Shown here: positions 50,440 to 58,015 of the stretch, in pieces
Layout of the letters: each line of letters starts with the position of its first letter
Position numbering within the stretch: the stretch's first letter is position 1
Virus record (IMG/VR): IMGVR_UViG_3300033388_000803
Coordinates: 343 to 64,342 of that record
DNA length: 64,000 nucleotides
Reading direction: 5' to 3' (one strand)
From: a virus
Taxonomy: Duplodnaviria > Caudoviricetes
Position numbers and translations under genes: made by a program
The notes under the pieces: model-generated
The model's database searches: none
The model's input: only the letters and a program-made list of their open reading frames with translations
Told to the model about the DNA's origin: nothing

Positions 50440-50975
50440 TATTTAATGTGTTTTGAAAGTTCTTTCTTTACTGATGTCTTAATTGAATACTTTTGTTCTA
50501 AGTTGTTGACAAGCTTGTCCAAGCCTAATGCTTTGTTTTGAGCCATGTACTTTAAAACCTTATCCCAATTATCATCATCAACAACCAATTTTAATTTAGT
50601 TGTTTTTGCTGGTGCCTTTGCTTTAGTTGTTTGATTCTTAATTGCATTGGCAACTTCATCATAAGATGCTACTGAGGTGTCTAAGCCTATTCCGAAATTA
50701 CCTAATGCTCTACCCCATGCAGATGTTTCACAGTTCTCTACATAAGAATTTTTATTAATAAAGTTAGATCCACTTCTTTCTTTTGCCGTTCCTGATGCAA
50801 TTAAACGTCCCTCTTCATTTAATATGAAAGCTTTAAATGTAATAGAGTCTTCTGTAATTTGTATTACTTCTGTATCTAATGTGTACTGAGGATATACCTC
50901 TCTAAAATATTGAAGCCTTGTGTTAACTTCAACATAGTCTTTACCTTGTATGTTTACTGTTTTTAATTTTTTCAT
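50439..50975 (-). CDS. single-strand annealing protein (Sak/Rad52-like)
   Basis: IQGKDYVEV..R, ENCETSAWGRAL...GIG; adjacent to exonuclease. Confidence 0.75.
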   Translation of the reverse strand: MKKLKTVNIQGKDYVEVNTRLQYFREVYPQYTLDTEVIQITEDSITFKAFILNEEGRLIASGTAKERSGSNFINKNSYVENCETSAWGRALGNFGIGLDTSVASYDEVANAIKNQTTKAKAPAKTTKLKLVVDDDNWDKVLKYMAQNKALGLDKLVNNLEQKYSIKTSVKKELSKHIK

Positions 50976-51369
50976 TTTGATTTAGTTTAATTAGTTTTTG
51001 ACTATAATAAGAATATTTATTCATAACAAACTCCCGTTTTGTTTTTAAATTTTTAATAAACTTATCGTTTTTTCTTTGATTTACTTCTTCTTGCATTTTA
51101 ACCTTAATCATATTTAACTTTCTTACGCAGTTAGATATGGCTAATATAATGCAGCCTACATACCATCCATGAGTATAAAACATATTATATTCTTTAGATG
51201 TTATTTCTTGAAAGTAGTCTCCGTTTTTAGAACAATTTAAAATTTCTGTTTTGCTAGGATACTTACTTATTTTAACTCCAACATTAATAAAGCTAACATT
51301 AGAATTTCTTTCAATTCTCATTGATTCATCATTTGATGCTTGTGTATATATGTCGTCAATGTTATACAT
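50941..51369 (-). CDS. hypothetical protein
   Basis: 142 aa ORF in operon. Confidence 0.7.
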   Translation of the reverse strand: MYNIDDIYTQASNDESMRIERNSNVSFINVGVKISKYPSKTEILNCSKNGDYFQEITSKEYNMFYTHGWYVGCIILAISNCVRKLNMIKVKMQEEVNQRKNDKFIKNLKTKREFVMNKYSYYSQKLIKLNQNEKIKNSKHTR

Positions 51370-51655
51370 TCTTAAGTTGGCTAACTACTTCAGCATAGTC
51401 ACTGTCATTATCAACATGATCCTTTGCTATATTGTAACCATGAATTATTGTAGAGTGTGAAACTGTGTGTCCGTTCTCTTCCATAAACTTTTGTATATAT
51501 GATATTCTAATAGGACGTTCTCTTGATAAAAAGTATAGCATTTGTCTTGCGTCAACTATCTCTCTCTTCTTACTCTTAGTAAACATTTCATCCAGTGTTA
51601 AGTGAAACCTATCTGCTATTGCAGTAGCATACTTGTCAAATATTTCTCTTTTCAT
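51362..51655 (-). CDS. DnaA C-terminal (domain IV)-like HTH protein
   Basis: SKKREIVDARQMLYFLSRE...HSTIIHG, matching the DnaA DNA-binding signature. Confidence 0.8.
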   Translation of the reverse strand: MKREIFDKYATAIADRFHLTLDEMFTKSKKREIVDARQMLYFLSRERPIRISYIQKFMEENGHTVSHSTIIHGYNIAKDHVDNDSDYAEVVSQLKNV

Positions 51656-51897
51656 TTTATTTTATTTTCTTTTTTTAAATTTTTTATTTCATACTGAAGA
51701 TGGTGTATTGCTTTTTCTAAATCTTCTATATGTTTCTGTACAATACTCATTCCCTCTTCTCTCTTCTTTCCAGCCCTTAAAAGATAGGTAACTGCATTAC
51801 CTACATTATATGAACAAGAGAATCCGTAAACTACTTGTTCTGCTTCATAACCATTTTTACCTATATAATAATTAGGCTTATTTCTTATTTCTTTCAT
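51652..51897 (-). CDS. DUF3310/SaV-like protein
   Basis: P.YY, GNAV.Y..RAGKK, EDLEKA..L. Confidence 0.8.
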   Translation of the reverse strand: MKEIRNKPNYYIGKNGYEAEQVVYGFSCSYNVGNAVTYLLRAGKKREEGMSIVQKHIEDLEKAIHHLQYEIKNLKKENKIK

Positions 51898-52150
51898 ATC
51901 TATTTATAAATTCTTCTGTTAGTGTTTTATTTAATTTATACTTACTCATATCGTTTTTGACAATAACTCTTTCAGGTATGGGCATAGGATATTTACAAGC
52001 AGATACAAATCTACCTTTTATTTCTATTTTATCTGTTTCTTTAAAGAAATTATTTAGATCAATAAAATTTCTTCTATTATATATATTGTCTAATTTTATT
52101 TGTCTTTCCTTAACTAGAGACTCTACAAGATATGATGCTGATTCGTTCAT
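51878..52150 (-). CDS. hypothetical protein
   Basis: 90 aa with AT-rich leader. Confidence 0.7.
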   Translation of the reverse strand: MNESASYLVESLVKERQIKLDNIYNRRNFIDLNNFFKETDKIEIKGRFVSACKYPMPIPERVIVKNDMSKYKLNKTLTEEFINRYERNKK

Positions 52151-52167
52151 TTAATTTAATTTAATTT

Positions 52168-52306
52168 TTATAAGGAGGTAGCTAACAGTATTAACGTATT
52201 GTTGGCTTATGCCTTTTTAACTACCCCCCTATAACATAAAGAGTAAACATTTAATATTAAGGTATCTTACACCTATAAAATTATTGGGATTATTCCCACT
52301 CCTTAT
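52168..52306 (-). ncRNA. two adjacent multi-stem RNA structures with AUAA-loop hairpins
   Basis: 18-bp stem (52168-85/52217-34) with 3 G-U pairs only on minus strand; GGC-AUAA-GCC; UGGGA-AUAA-UCCCA; AGGUG/UACCU. Confidence 0.6.
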
Positions 52307-52437
52307 TTTGTTTTGTAATTGTTGATGATGATTTGCTTAAGAATTTGTTCGTTAAGCTTTTGTAACCACTGAATATATATTTTATTTGGTTTGTCCTTCA
52401 ACTTCTCTCTTAAAATTAATTCATGTACTTCCTTCAT
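52303..52437 (-). CDS. 44 aa hypothetical (not in ORF track)
   Basis: MKEVHELILREKLKDKPNKIYIQWLQKLNEQILKQIIINNYKTK*, TAATG coupling. Confidence 0.6.
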   Translation of the reverse strand: MKEVHELILREKLKDKPNKIYIQWLQKLNEQILKQIIINNYKTK

Positions 52438-52613
52438 TACCAATTAAAATTTAATGGTGTGTCTTTAAGCTGCTCTCTTTCTTTCTTCTGTCTTGTCTTA
52501 AGATTTTTCTCTCTCATCTTTTTGTACTCGCTTTTAACATACTCGCTCCAAGAATTGTAGTCTAATACTCTGTACTTGTAATTACTTAAAAATTTTCTAT
52601 AATCTTTATCCAT
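52437..52613 (-). CDS. small basic hypothetical protein
   Basis: Likely start MDKDYRKF (A-rich leader); upstream extension is structured RNA. Confidence 0.65.
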   Translation of the reverse strand: MDKDYRKFLSNYKYRVLDYNSWSEYVKSEYKKMREKNLKTRQKKEREQLKDTPLNFNW

Positions 52614-52631
52614 TTTTTTTTGTTTAAGTTT

Positions 52632-52831
52632 AAAAAAAACGAGGAAGAAACACGCCATACAGTTTCTAATTACATTGTTGATTTCGCCTAACATCAACTC
52701 GTATCTAAATAAATAAGTTGGCTTTGTTTATCCTTGTATCTACAAGTGTCTCATCCGTACATCACTATTTCAGACTGTGAATGTTCTTAGCTTGTAGAGT
52801 AGTTCAGGTATAACTTAGTTTATGTACCTGA
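52632..52831 (-). ncRNA. candidate structured small RNA / leader
   Basis: UCAGGUA/UACCUGA, UCUACAAG/CUUGUAGA, ACGAG/CUCGU junction with two GGCG-loop hairpins, U-tract. Confidence 0.5.
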
Positions 52832-52916
52832 TTTAATCATAAATACCTACCTATATTATATTTAGTTCAATTAGTGTGTAATATTACAACAAATTTTGAT
52901 TAATACCTAATGTTTT

Positions 52917-53786
52917 CTAAAAAAGTTTTGTCAAATCGTCTTCACTTCTAAGAATTGTCACTAATAATGCGTCTTCTTTGTGTTTTTCTTCAGCATAATC
53001 TTTGTTTGTGTACTCAATAACTTCTCCTGAATTCATATCGTAATCATTGTAGTCTAGCTTTTCTTTAGGAAAGTAATAGCTTACTGGACACAAGAATTCG
53101 TTAAACTCTTGTAGTTTTCTTGTATATCTATTGTATCGTTCTGTCTTTATCTTACTAGCTAATCTAAAATTCTTTATCTCTCCCCTTGTAGTTTGATTAA
53201 ACACATAAAAATTATCTACATGCTGACATTCTCTTTCGTAATGATATCTCCAAAGGTTTGTGTAATGATCTTTTTTTTCCTCTTCGGTATAATAATACTT
53301 ATCAATTACTTGCTCTTCGTACAACTGTGTGACAAGCCATAAGTTATCTAATAACTTCATTGATACTTCTTTGTTTAAGATGTGTACGTCATTTGAATTA
53401 AGAGCAGAAACTAATACACAGTCTTTACTTTTTAGTTCTGCAATTTTAACGCACAGTCTATATATTTCCCCATGCTCTTCATACCATGCTACAGAGCAGT
53501 TTTTATAATGAATTAAATATCCATTATGTTCAGTTCTTACTCTTGAAAATAGATGCCTAATATACTCTTCAGATTCAATCCAATCTATTGGCTTTACTTC
53601 TACCAATGTATTAGTGTTTATACTAACTATTGGAAACACATAATCATTTATATATTCTTGGGTATTTAAAACAAAATCAGCTAGAGAGATGTTACTGTCT
53701 ACTACTTGTACACAGTTTTTCTCTAAGCTGATGTCGTTTGAAAAATTTTTGCTACTTACTTCAGAAGATATAACAAATTGTTTCAT
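52917..53786 (-). CDS. hypothetical early protein
   Basis: 289 aa ORF. Confidence 0.75.
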   Translation of the reverse strand: MKQFVISSEVSSKNFSNDISLEKNCVQVVDSNISLADFVLNTQEYINDYVFPIVSINTNTLVEVKPIDWIESEEYIRHLFSRVRTEHNGYLIHYKNCSVAWYEEHGEIYRLCVKIAELKSKDCVLVSALNSNDVHILNKEVSMKLLDNLWLVTQLYEEQVIDKYYYTEEEKKDHYTNLWRYHYERECQHVDNFYVFNQTTRGEIKNFRLASKIKTERYNRYTRKLQEFNEFLCPVSYYFPKEKLDYNDYDMNSGEVIEYTNKDYAEEKHKEDALLVTILRSEDDLTKLF

Positions 53787-53802
53787 AAGTTTTTTTACAA
53801 AG

Positions 53803-54198
53803 TTAACTTATTATTTCTTTTATTTTTTGAATTGCTACCCATGAATCTTCGTTACCATATTCAACATTATCAATTACTTTGTTAATGTCTCTAATAGTAT
53901 AGTATCCATCATCTATTCTTACGTCAATATCCTCTTCTATATTAGCTTCAAGAACACTAACAATCCACTTTCCCTTATCTACTGCATTACATAGTTGTTG
54001 AATTTGGTCGCAATCGTCTGATGCCTCCCAACTATCTTCTTTTCCATTTCCAAGTACCCAATTTGCTAGTTCTTCTAATCCGTTTTTACTTACGAATCCG
54101 TATGTACTCATGTATCTGTCTTCAGTAATATCTATTAATTCTTCCTGAATTATTTTGTTTATTGCAAGATCTTTTTTATTCATTTTTTCTGTTTTCAT
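53803..54198 (-). CDS. acidic hypothetical early protein
   Basis: 131 aa ORF. Confidence 0.75.
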   Translation of the reverse strand: MKTEKMNKKDLAINKIIQEELIDITEDRYMSTYGFVSKNGLEELANWVLGNGKEDSWEASDDCDQIQQLCNAVDKGKWIVSVLEANIEEDIDVRIDDGYYTIRDINKVIDNVEYGNEDSWVAIQKIKEIIS

Positions 54199-54212
54199 TT
54201 TATTATTTTTAA

Positions 54213-54453
54213 TTAATTACTAATTGAGAATCTAATTGTTCCGTCCTTTACACTACGGTATCCAGCATAGACGGTTTCTTCTGTTATTTGCTCCACTTCT
54301 TTTATTATTTCATGACTACCAAAACCTAATCCTCTTGGAATAGAGTAGTGAAAATGTTCTATTCCGTTTGTAGCTTTTTGCTTTGCTATTTCAATAATAG
54401 TCCAAACTGTTTTTCTAAATTTTTTGCTGATTTTTATTTACTTTTATTTTCAT
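54213..54453 (-). pseudogene. frameshifted 79 aa gene (extra A in A6 run)
   Basis: ATG frame MKIKVNKNQQKI* stops; +1 frame continues FRKTVWTIIEIAK...FSISN* without its own start; span 241 nt. Confidence 0.55.
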
Positions 54454-54769
54454 TTAATTGTTTTTTATATTCATAATCATTTATCAATTCTTCTAAACTT
54501 CCCTCAGACAATTCTTCATAGTCTTTTGGATTAAAGGATTCGTCTCTTAAATCAAAGTTGAGATAGGTTTGTCCCCCATGCCCATCATTCCAAATAGATA
54601 CACCTTTAAAATTTGTTTTGCATTCGTATCCTAATCCTCTTCGTGTTTCGAAATAACGCACACCTTTTACTTTTAATTCAGGAGATAAGCATTCATGTTC
54701 CATAACCTCTCCCTCACTATCTAAAATATCGTAGCAACATTTGTCGCAAGTTATATACTCTTTTTTCAT
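54434..54769 (-). CDS. hypothetical early protein (CxxC...HxC)
   Basis: Likely start MKKEYITCDKC; NDGHGG motif. Confidence 0.7.
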   Translation of the reverse strand: MKKEYITCDKCCYDILDSEGEVMEHECLSPELKVKGVRYFETRRGLGYECKTNFKGVSIWNDGHGGQTYLNFDLRDESFNPKDYEELSEGSLEELINDYEYKKQLNENKSK

Positions 54770-54770
54770 A

Positions 54771-55274
54771 TTAATCAATATTAAATTCAACACTATCATA
54801 CTCTAGTCTTCCGTCATCTATTATCGCTTGTTCGATATCCTTATTCTCAGGAAACTCTTTTTCAATCATTTGAATGCTTATTGATTCAATCTCTAACTCA
54901 TGCCCTGAATCTAAAACTTCAAACAATCTACAGATGTATGAGTGTTTGTGAGTATAGTATCTTTTTAGTAAAGTCTTTAACAACTTGTAGTCTTCATGTT
55001 GTTGACAATCAAAGTTTTTCATCCTCAATGTAAATGAATGATAATCCCCTTGACAATATCCTGATGCAAATACACTATCAACACAATTATACTCTTCTTT
55101 GTCCCATCCTAAATAACACGCATAACTTCTTTTTGGAAGAATATGTTTATGTCTGCTGACGTCTTGCTCTATTAGTATTGGCAAGTCTTCTGTAATGTTT
55201 TGAATTAGTTCGGCATACAACTCCCAAACCATTGTATTATCATAATCGTTTTCTACTCTTATTACTTTTTTCAT
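54771..55274 (-). CDS. hypothetical early protein
   Basis: 167 aa, GYCQGD motif. Confidence 0.75.
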   Translation of the reverse strand: MKKVIRVENDYDNTMVWELYAELIQNITEDLPILIEQDVSRHKHILPKRSYACYLGWDKEEYNCVDSVFASGYCQGDYHSFTLRMKNFDCQQHEDYKLLKTLLKRYYTHKHSYICRLFEVLDSGHELEIESISIQMIEKEFPENKDIEQAIIDDGRLEYDSVEFNID

Positions 55275-55302
55275 ATTATATTATATTAATTAATAACTTC
55301 GG

Positions 55303-55333
55303 TAAATATACATTTAAATATTTAATAAACAAA
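55303..55333 (-). promoter_or_regulatory. Bacteroidota-type promoter variant TTTG-N19-TATATTTA
   Basis: Minus strand, upstream of 55274. Confidence 0.45.
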
Positions 55334-55380
55334 ATTTAAACATGTTACCTTCCTTTCGTAAAATGGGAATACTTAATACC

Positions 55381-55884
55381 TTATAAGTCTGTATATATTT
55401 TGTGTGCGTCTTTGAAGACGTATGCAGTCTTCTCTCTTCTGTATTTAAAGTCTACTGTCTCAATATGCATTATTAACATTTTTTCTTCAGGAGGATATCC
55501 TATTTCTTCTGCTGCTCTTTCAACTACAAGTCTTCCCATATCATTATCCCCATCATCTCCTTTCCACTCTAATTCTCCCTCAGCATATATGTCTTTAGTT
55601 TTACTCCACTTAATTAGTTTTTTCAAGAAGAATATTGTCCATTCTTTACCTTGATATGTTTTTTCATATCCCATACATCTGAATACTCCATAAGTTCCTG
55701 AATCATCATTATAGTTTTTAATCTCGAATCCACACCATATTGATGGAAACTCTCTTCTTTGGTCTCCGAATTCAAATTCACTGTCATGTCTCTCATCTGT
55801 TATTCCTTCCCATTCTTTTAATTCTTGTGTGGTAAACGGTCTGTTTGTTCTTAACTGTCCGTTCCAATCTGTATTGTATCCCAT
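55381..55884 (-). CDS. hypothetical early protein (MGY.T.W.G family)
   Basis: True start likely MGYNTDWNG at 55884; P..WC...., W.G.D..D.G motifs. Confidence 0.75.
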   Translation of the reverse strand: MGYNTDWNGQLRTNRPFTTQELKEWEGITDERHDSEFEFGDQRREFPSIWCGFEIKNYNDDSGTYGVFRCMGYEKTYQGKEWTIFFLKKLIKWSKTKDIYAEGELEWKGDDGDNDMGRLVVERAAEEIGYPPEEKMLIMHIETVDFKYRREKTAYVFKDAHKIYTDL

Positions 55885-55975
55885 TTGTTTAGTTTTAATT
55901 ATGACACTATTGTCTTCTACTACGAAATCCCCACTACTTTCATAGTGAGGCATCTCGCAGAACAAACAACACAAA
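55885..55975 (-). ncRNA. intergenic hairpin element E1 plus AUAG hairpin
   Basis: CUGCGAGAU-G-CCUCACUAU-GAAA-GUAGUGGGG-AUUUCGUAG-UAGA-A-GACA-AUAG-UGUC; G-U pairs give strand. Confidence 0.75.
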
Positions 55976-56182
55976 TTAACGATGTAAATCTTTTATATCT
56001 GTAATATCTATAGTTCCGTATTTCTTCTTAACTCTTTTTAATTGAGACATTGCATTTGTATACTCTTTGTACTCATCTTGAGTGCAACTTTTAAACATGC
56101 TCCTCGAGATCTTTTTGTGTATGGTTTGGTATGTGTAGTACCAATGCTGTATATTCTTTTCTAACTCTTCAAATTCTGTCAT
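55976..56182 (-). CDS. hypothetical early protein
   Basis: 68 aa. Confidence 0.7.
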   Translation of the reverse strand: MTEFEELEKNIQHWYYTYQTIHKKISRSMFKSCTQDEYKEYTNAMSQLKRVKKKYGTIDITDIKDLHR

Positions 56183-56187
56183 TTTAT

Positions 56188-56679
56188 TTATTTTAAATTA
56201 GTAATTAGTCTAAATTGATAATCGTAATCATCTACAAGAGAACAATAATATTTATCTCCATTCTCTTCTGTATCAGAATACTCTTCTAAATCTTCTCCGT
56301 ACTCTTTGTCTAGCCATTCTATTTGCTCTTCATATTGTTTCTTTGTGAGCATTGCACAATCATTTACATTGCATAGAATCATAAACGCATAAGCATCTTT
56401 TATTTCCCATACTTGATAGCTACCACAATTATCGTCATAGGCATCCCAAAAGTATCCGTCTCCATCTACTCCCTTGTCTATTTGTGCATACTCATCAGAG
56501 TATCTTGTTACATCTTTTGCGTCTCCATTAGCATTGCTCAATGCTCTTTTATATGCCCATTTGAATGCTGATTTTTTGTATGCAAATTGTTTTGTATCTA
56601 TTCCATTTTCTGAAGAATATCCATCTCCGTTCCATGTATCGATAACTATATATTTTTTAATGTTGTTTTTTAGTCTCAT
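56188..56679 (-). CDS. acidic hypothetical early protein
   Basis: 163 aa, IDTWNGDGYS motif. Confidence 0.75.
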   Translation of the reverse strand: MRLKNNIKKYIVIDTWNGDGYSSENGIDTKQFAYKKSAFKWAYKRALSNANGDAKDVTRYSDEYAQIDKGVDGDGYFWDAYDDNCGSYQVWEIKDAYAFMILCNVNDCAMLTKKQYEEQIEWLDKEYGEDLEEYSDTEENGDKYYCSLVDDYDYQFRLITNLK

Positions 56680-56918
56680 TATTGTAATTGGTTTTCGTTA
56701 ATATAATCTACTATATCATCCCATATTCCCTCTAACTTCTCTGTCACATCGTCATTGTTTAGCATCAGTTTTGCTATCTCAATGTTGTGGTATCTAGGTG
56801 TACTTCTGTCCTCTGCTTCAGGGCAATCTGTCTCCCAATAAGTCACTCCAAGAACATTGTTCTTGCTTAACTCATAACAAGTATATTTAGTTTGTGTGTA
56901 GCTGTTTGTTGTAATCAT
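56679..56918 (-). CDS. hypothetical early protein
   Basis: Likely start MITTNSY (56918); the upstream extension in the ORF track reads through the ribozyme. Confidence 0.7.
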   Translation of the reverse strand: MITTNSYTQTKYTCYELSKNNVLGVTYWETDCPEAEDRSTPRYHNIEIAKLMLNNDDVTEKLEGIWDDIVDYINENQLQ

Positions 56919-56944
56919 GTTATTTAATTTAATTGGTATCTTAT

Positions 56945-56998
56945 GATACTGACGAGCATTTCTGCTCGTTTCGGACATTGAGTCCTCATCAGAGTATC
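56945..56998 (-). ncRNA. hammerhead ribozyme, type I
   Basis: GAUACU-CUGAUGA-GGAC-ucaau-GUCC-GAA-ACGAGCA-gaaa-UGCUCGU-C^AGUAUC: complete catalytic core and three perfect stems. Confidence 0.95.
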
Positions 56999-57267
56999 TA
57001 GCTATTGTAATCCTCAAGCTGAGTCTTGAATCCCTCTAAGCATTCTAATAGTCCATGCTTGTCGTACCCCATTTTCTCTAGCCCAAAGTATGCTTTAACA
57101 CCTTTGAGAGTGTAATGTCTGTGTGGCTTTAATCCCCTTATAAACATCTTTAGTTCTGCGATAGATAATACTAGATTGTACCATCCTTTATTACCATCTC
57201 TACCATTGATGTTCATCGGCTTGTCAAAGTCCTTACCGAATTGTGTATCTCTTACTGTGTATTCCAT
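56998..57267 (-). CDS. hypothetical early protein
   Basis: 89 aa; stop codon overlaps first base of hammerhead. Confidence 0.75.
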   Translation of the reverse strand: MEYTVRDTQFGKDFDKPMNINGRDGNKGWYNLVLSIAELKMFIRGLKPHRHYTLKGVKAYFGLEKMGYDKHGLLECLEGFKTQLEDYNS

Positions 57268-57353
57268 TTGTTATTGTTTAATTATGACACTATTGTCGTC
57301 TACCTAGAAAACCCCAATGCGATGAGCATTGAGGCACTAGGAGTGAGACTAGA
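57268..57353 (-). ncRNA. intergenic hairpin element E2 plus AUAG hairpin
   Basis: CCUAG-UG-CCUCAAUGC-UCAUC-GCAUUGGGG-UUUU-CUAGG-UAGA-C-GACA-AUAG-UGUC. Confidence 0.78.
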
Positions 57354-57656
57354 TTAAGCTAGAGTGATAGCTAGATTAACTGTTCTTGATGGGGTACCGT
57401 TAATCTTTGTTGCTAGGTGTAGGTAACCACTATTACCAACAATCCATTTAGGAGAATCAGCATCTTCCTCATCGATATTGAATACCTTGTTAAGTTTAAA
57501 AACTAAATCAGATGTGTAGTCTGCTTGTATTCTTAATGCTGCTCTGTCTCCATCCCTACTACAATCGTAATCCGTTATTGATATTGAGTAAAACTTATCT
57601 AGTGTTTCAGTTGATAATACCTTGTCTAAGGTTTGGATAATTTCTATTTTTGTCAT
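57354..57656 (-). CDS. hypothetical early protein
   Basis: 100 aa. Confidence 0.75.
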   Translation of the reverse strand: MTKIEIIQTLDKVLSTETLDKFYSISITDYDCSRDGDRAALRIQADYTSDLVFKLNKVFNIDEEDADSPKWIVGNSGYLHLATKINGTPSRTVNLAITLA

Positions 57657-57744
57657 CGTTTGTTTGTTTAATTTGTGGAGGATTATTCCTCTACCTAGAA
57701 AAGCCCATAGCGATTAACTATGAGCTACTAGGAGTAAGGTAAGG
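57657..57744 (-). ncRNA. intergenic hairpin element E3 plus AUAA hairpin
   Basis: CCUAG-U-AGCUCAUAG-UUAAUCG-CUAUGGGCU-UUU-CUAGG-UA-GAGGA-AUAA-UCCUC. Confidence 0.78.
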
Positions 57745-57933
57745 TTAGATGTTATCGTAAACCATGTCTTCATGCATCAAGACTATCTTGGTTTGTAGTC
57801 CTCTCATTGCCTGAAATTCAGGAGTATTGTAGTGAATATTATCATCTCTCATATCTCTGATTCTATCTGCGATAGTCATTCTTAGTGTTTCTATCTCGTT
57901 TAACGTCCATTCGGTAGTGATTTCTCTAGTCAT
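57745..57933 (-). CDS. first early gene, hypothetical
   Basis: Likely start MTREITT downstream of promoter. Confidence 0.7.
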   Translation of the reverse strand: MTREITTEWTLNEIETLRMTIADRIRDMRDDNIHYNTPEFQAMRGLQTKIVLMHEDMVYDNI

Positions 57934-57963
57934 AATTTGTTTAATTTTTGTTTGATTTATGTG

Positions 57964-57996
57964 CAAATATATATAAATTAATTATTATAAAACAAA
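57964..57996 (-). promoter_or_regulatory. early promoter TTTG-N21-TATATTTG
   Basis: Full Bacteroidota -33/-7 consensus on minus strand. Confidence 0.8.
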
Positions 57997-58015
57997 TAAA
58001 TAGACATCTAATTTT

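Noticed and set aside
52739-52798. Second hammerhead (CGGAUGAG, GAAC-like segments)
   Set aside because: Core deviates from CUGAUGA/GAAA and stem I is absent; retained only as generic structure.
56919-57017. N-terminal extensions of ORFs 56679-57017, 55381-55974 and 52437-52697
   Set aside because: They read through structured RNAs; downstream AUGs have typical A-rich leaders.
55885-57744. E1-E3 as integron attC sites or a CRISPR mini-array
   Set aside because: Only E3 has an RYYYAAC-like start, none has the GTTRRRY end, and there is no integrase or cas gene. Units are separated by whole genes, and G-U pairing points to RNA structure.
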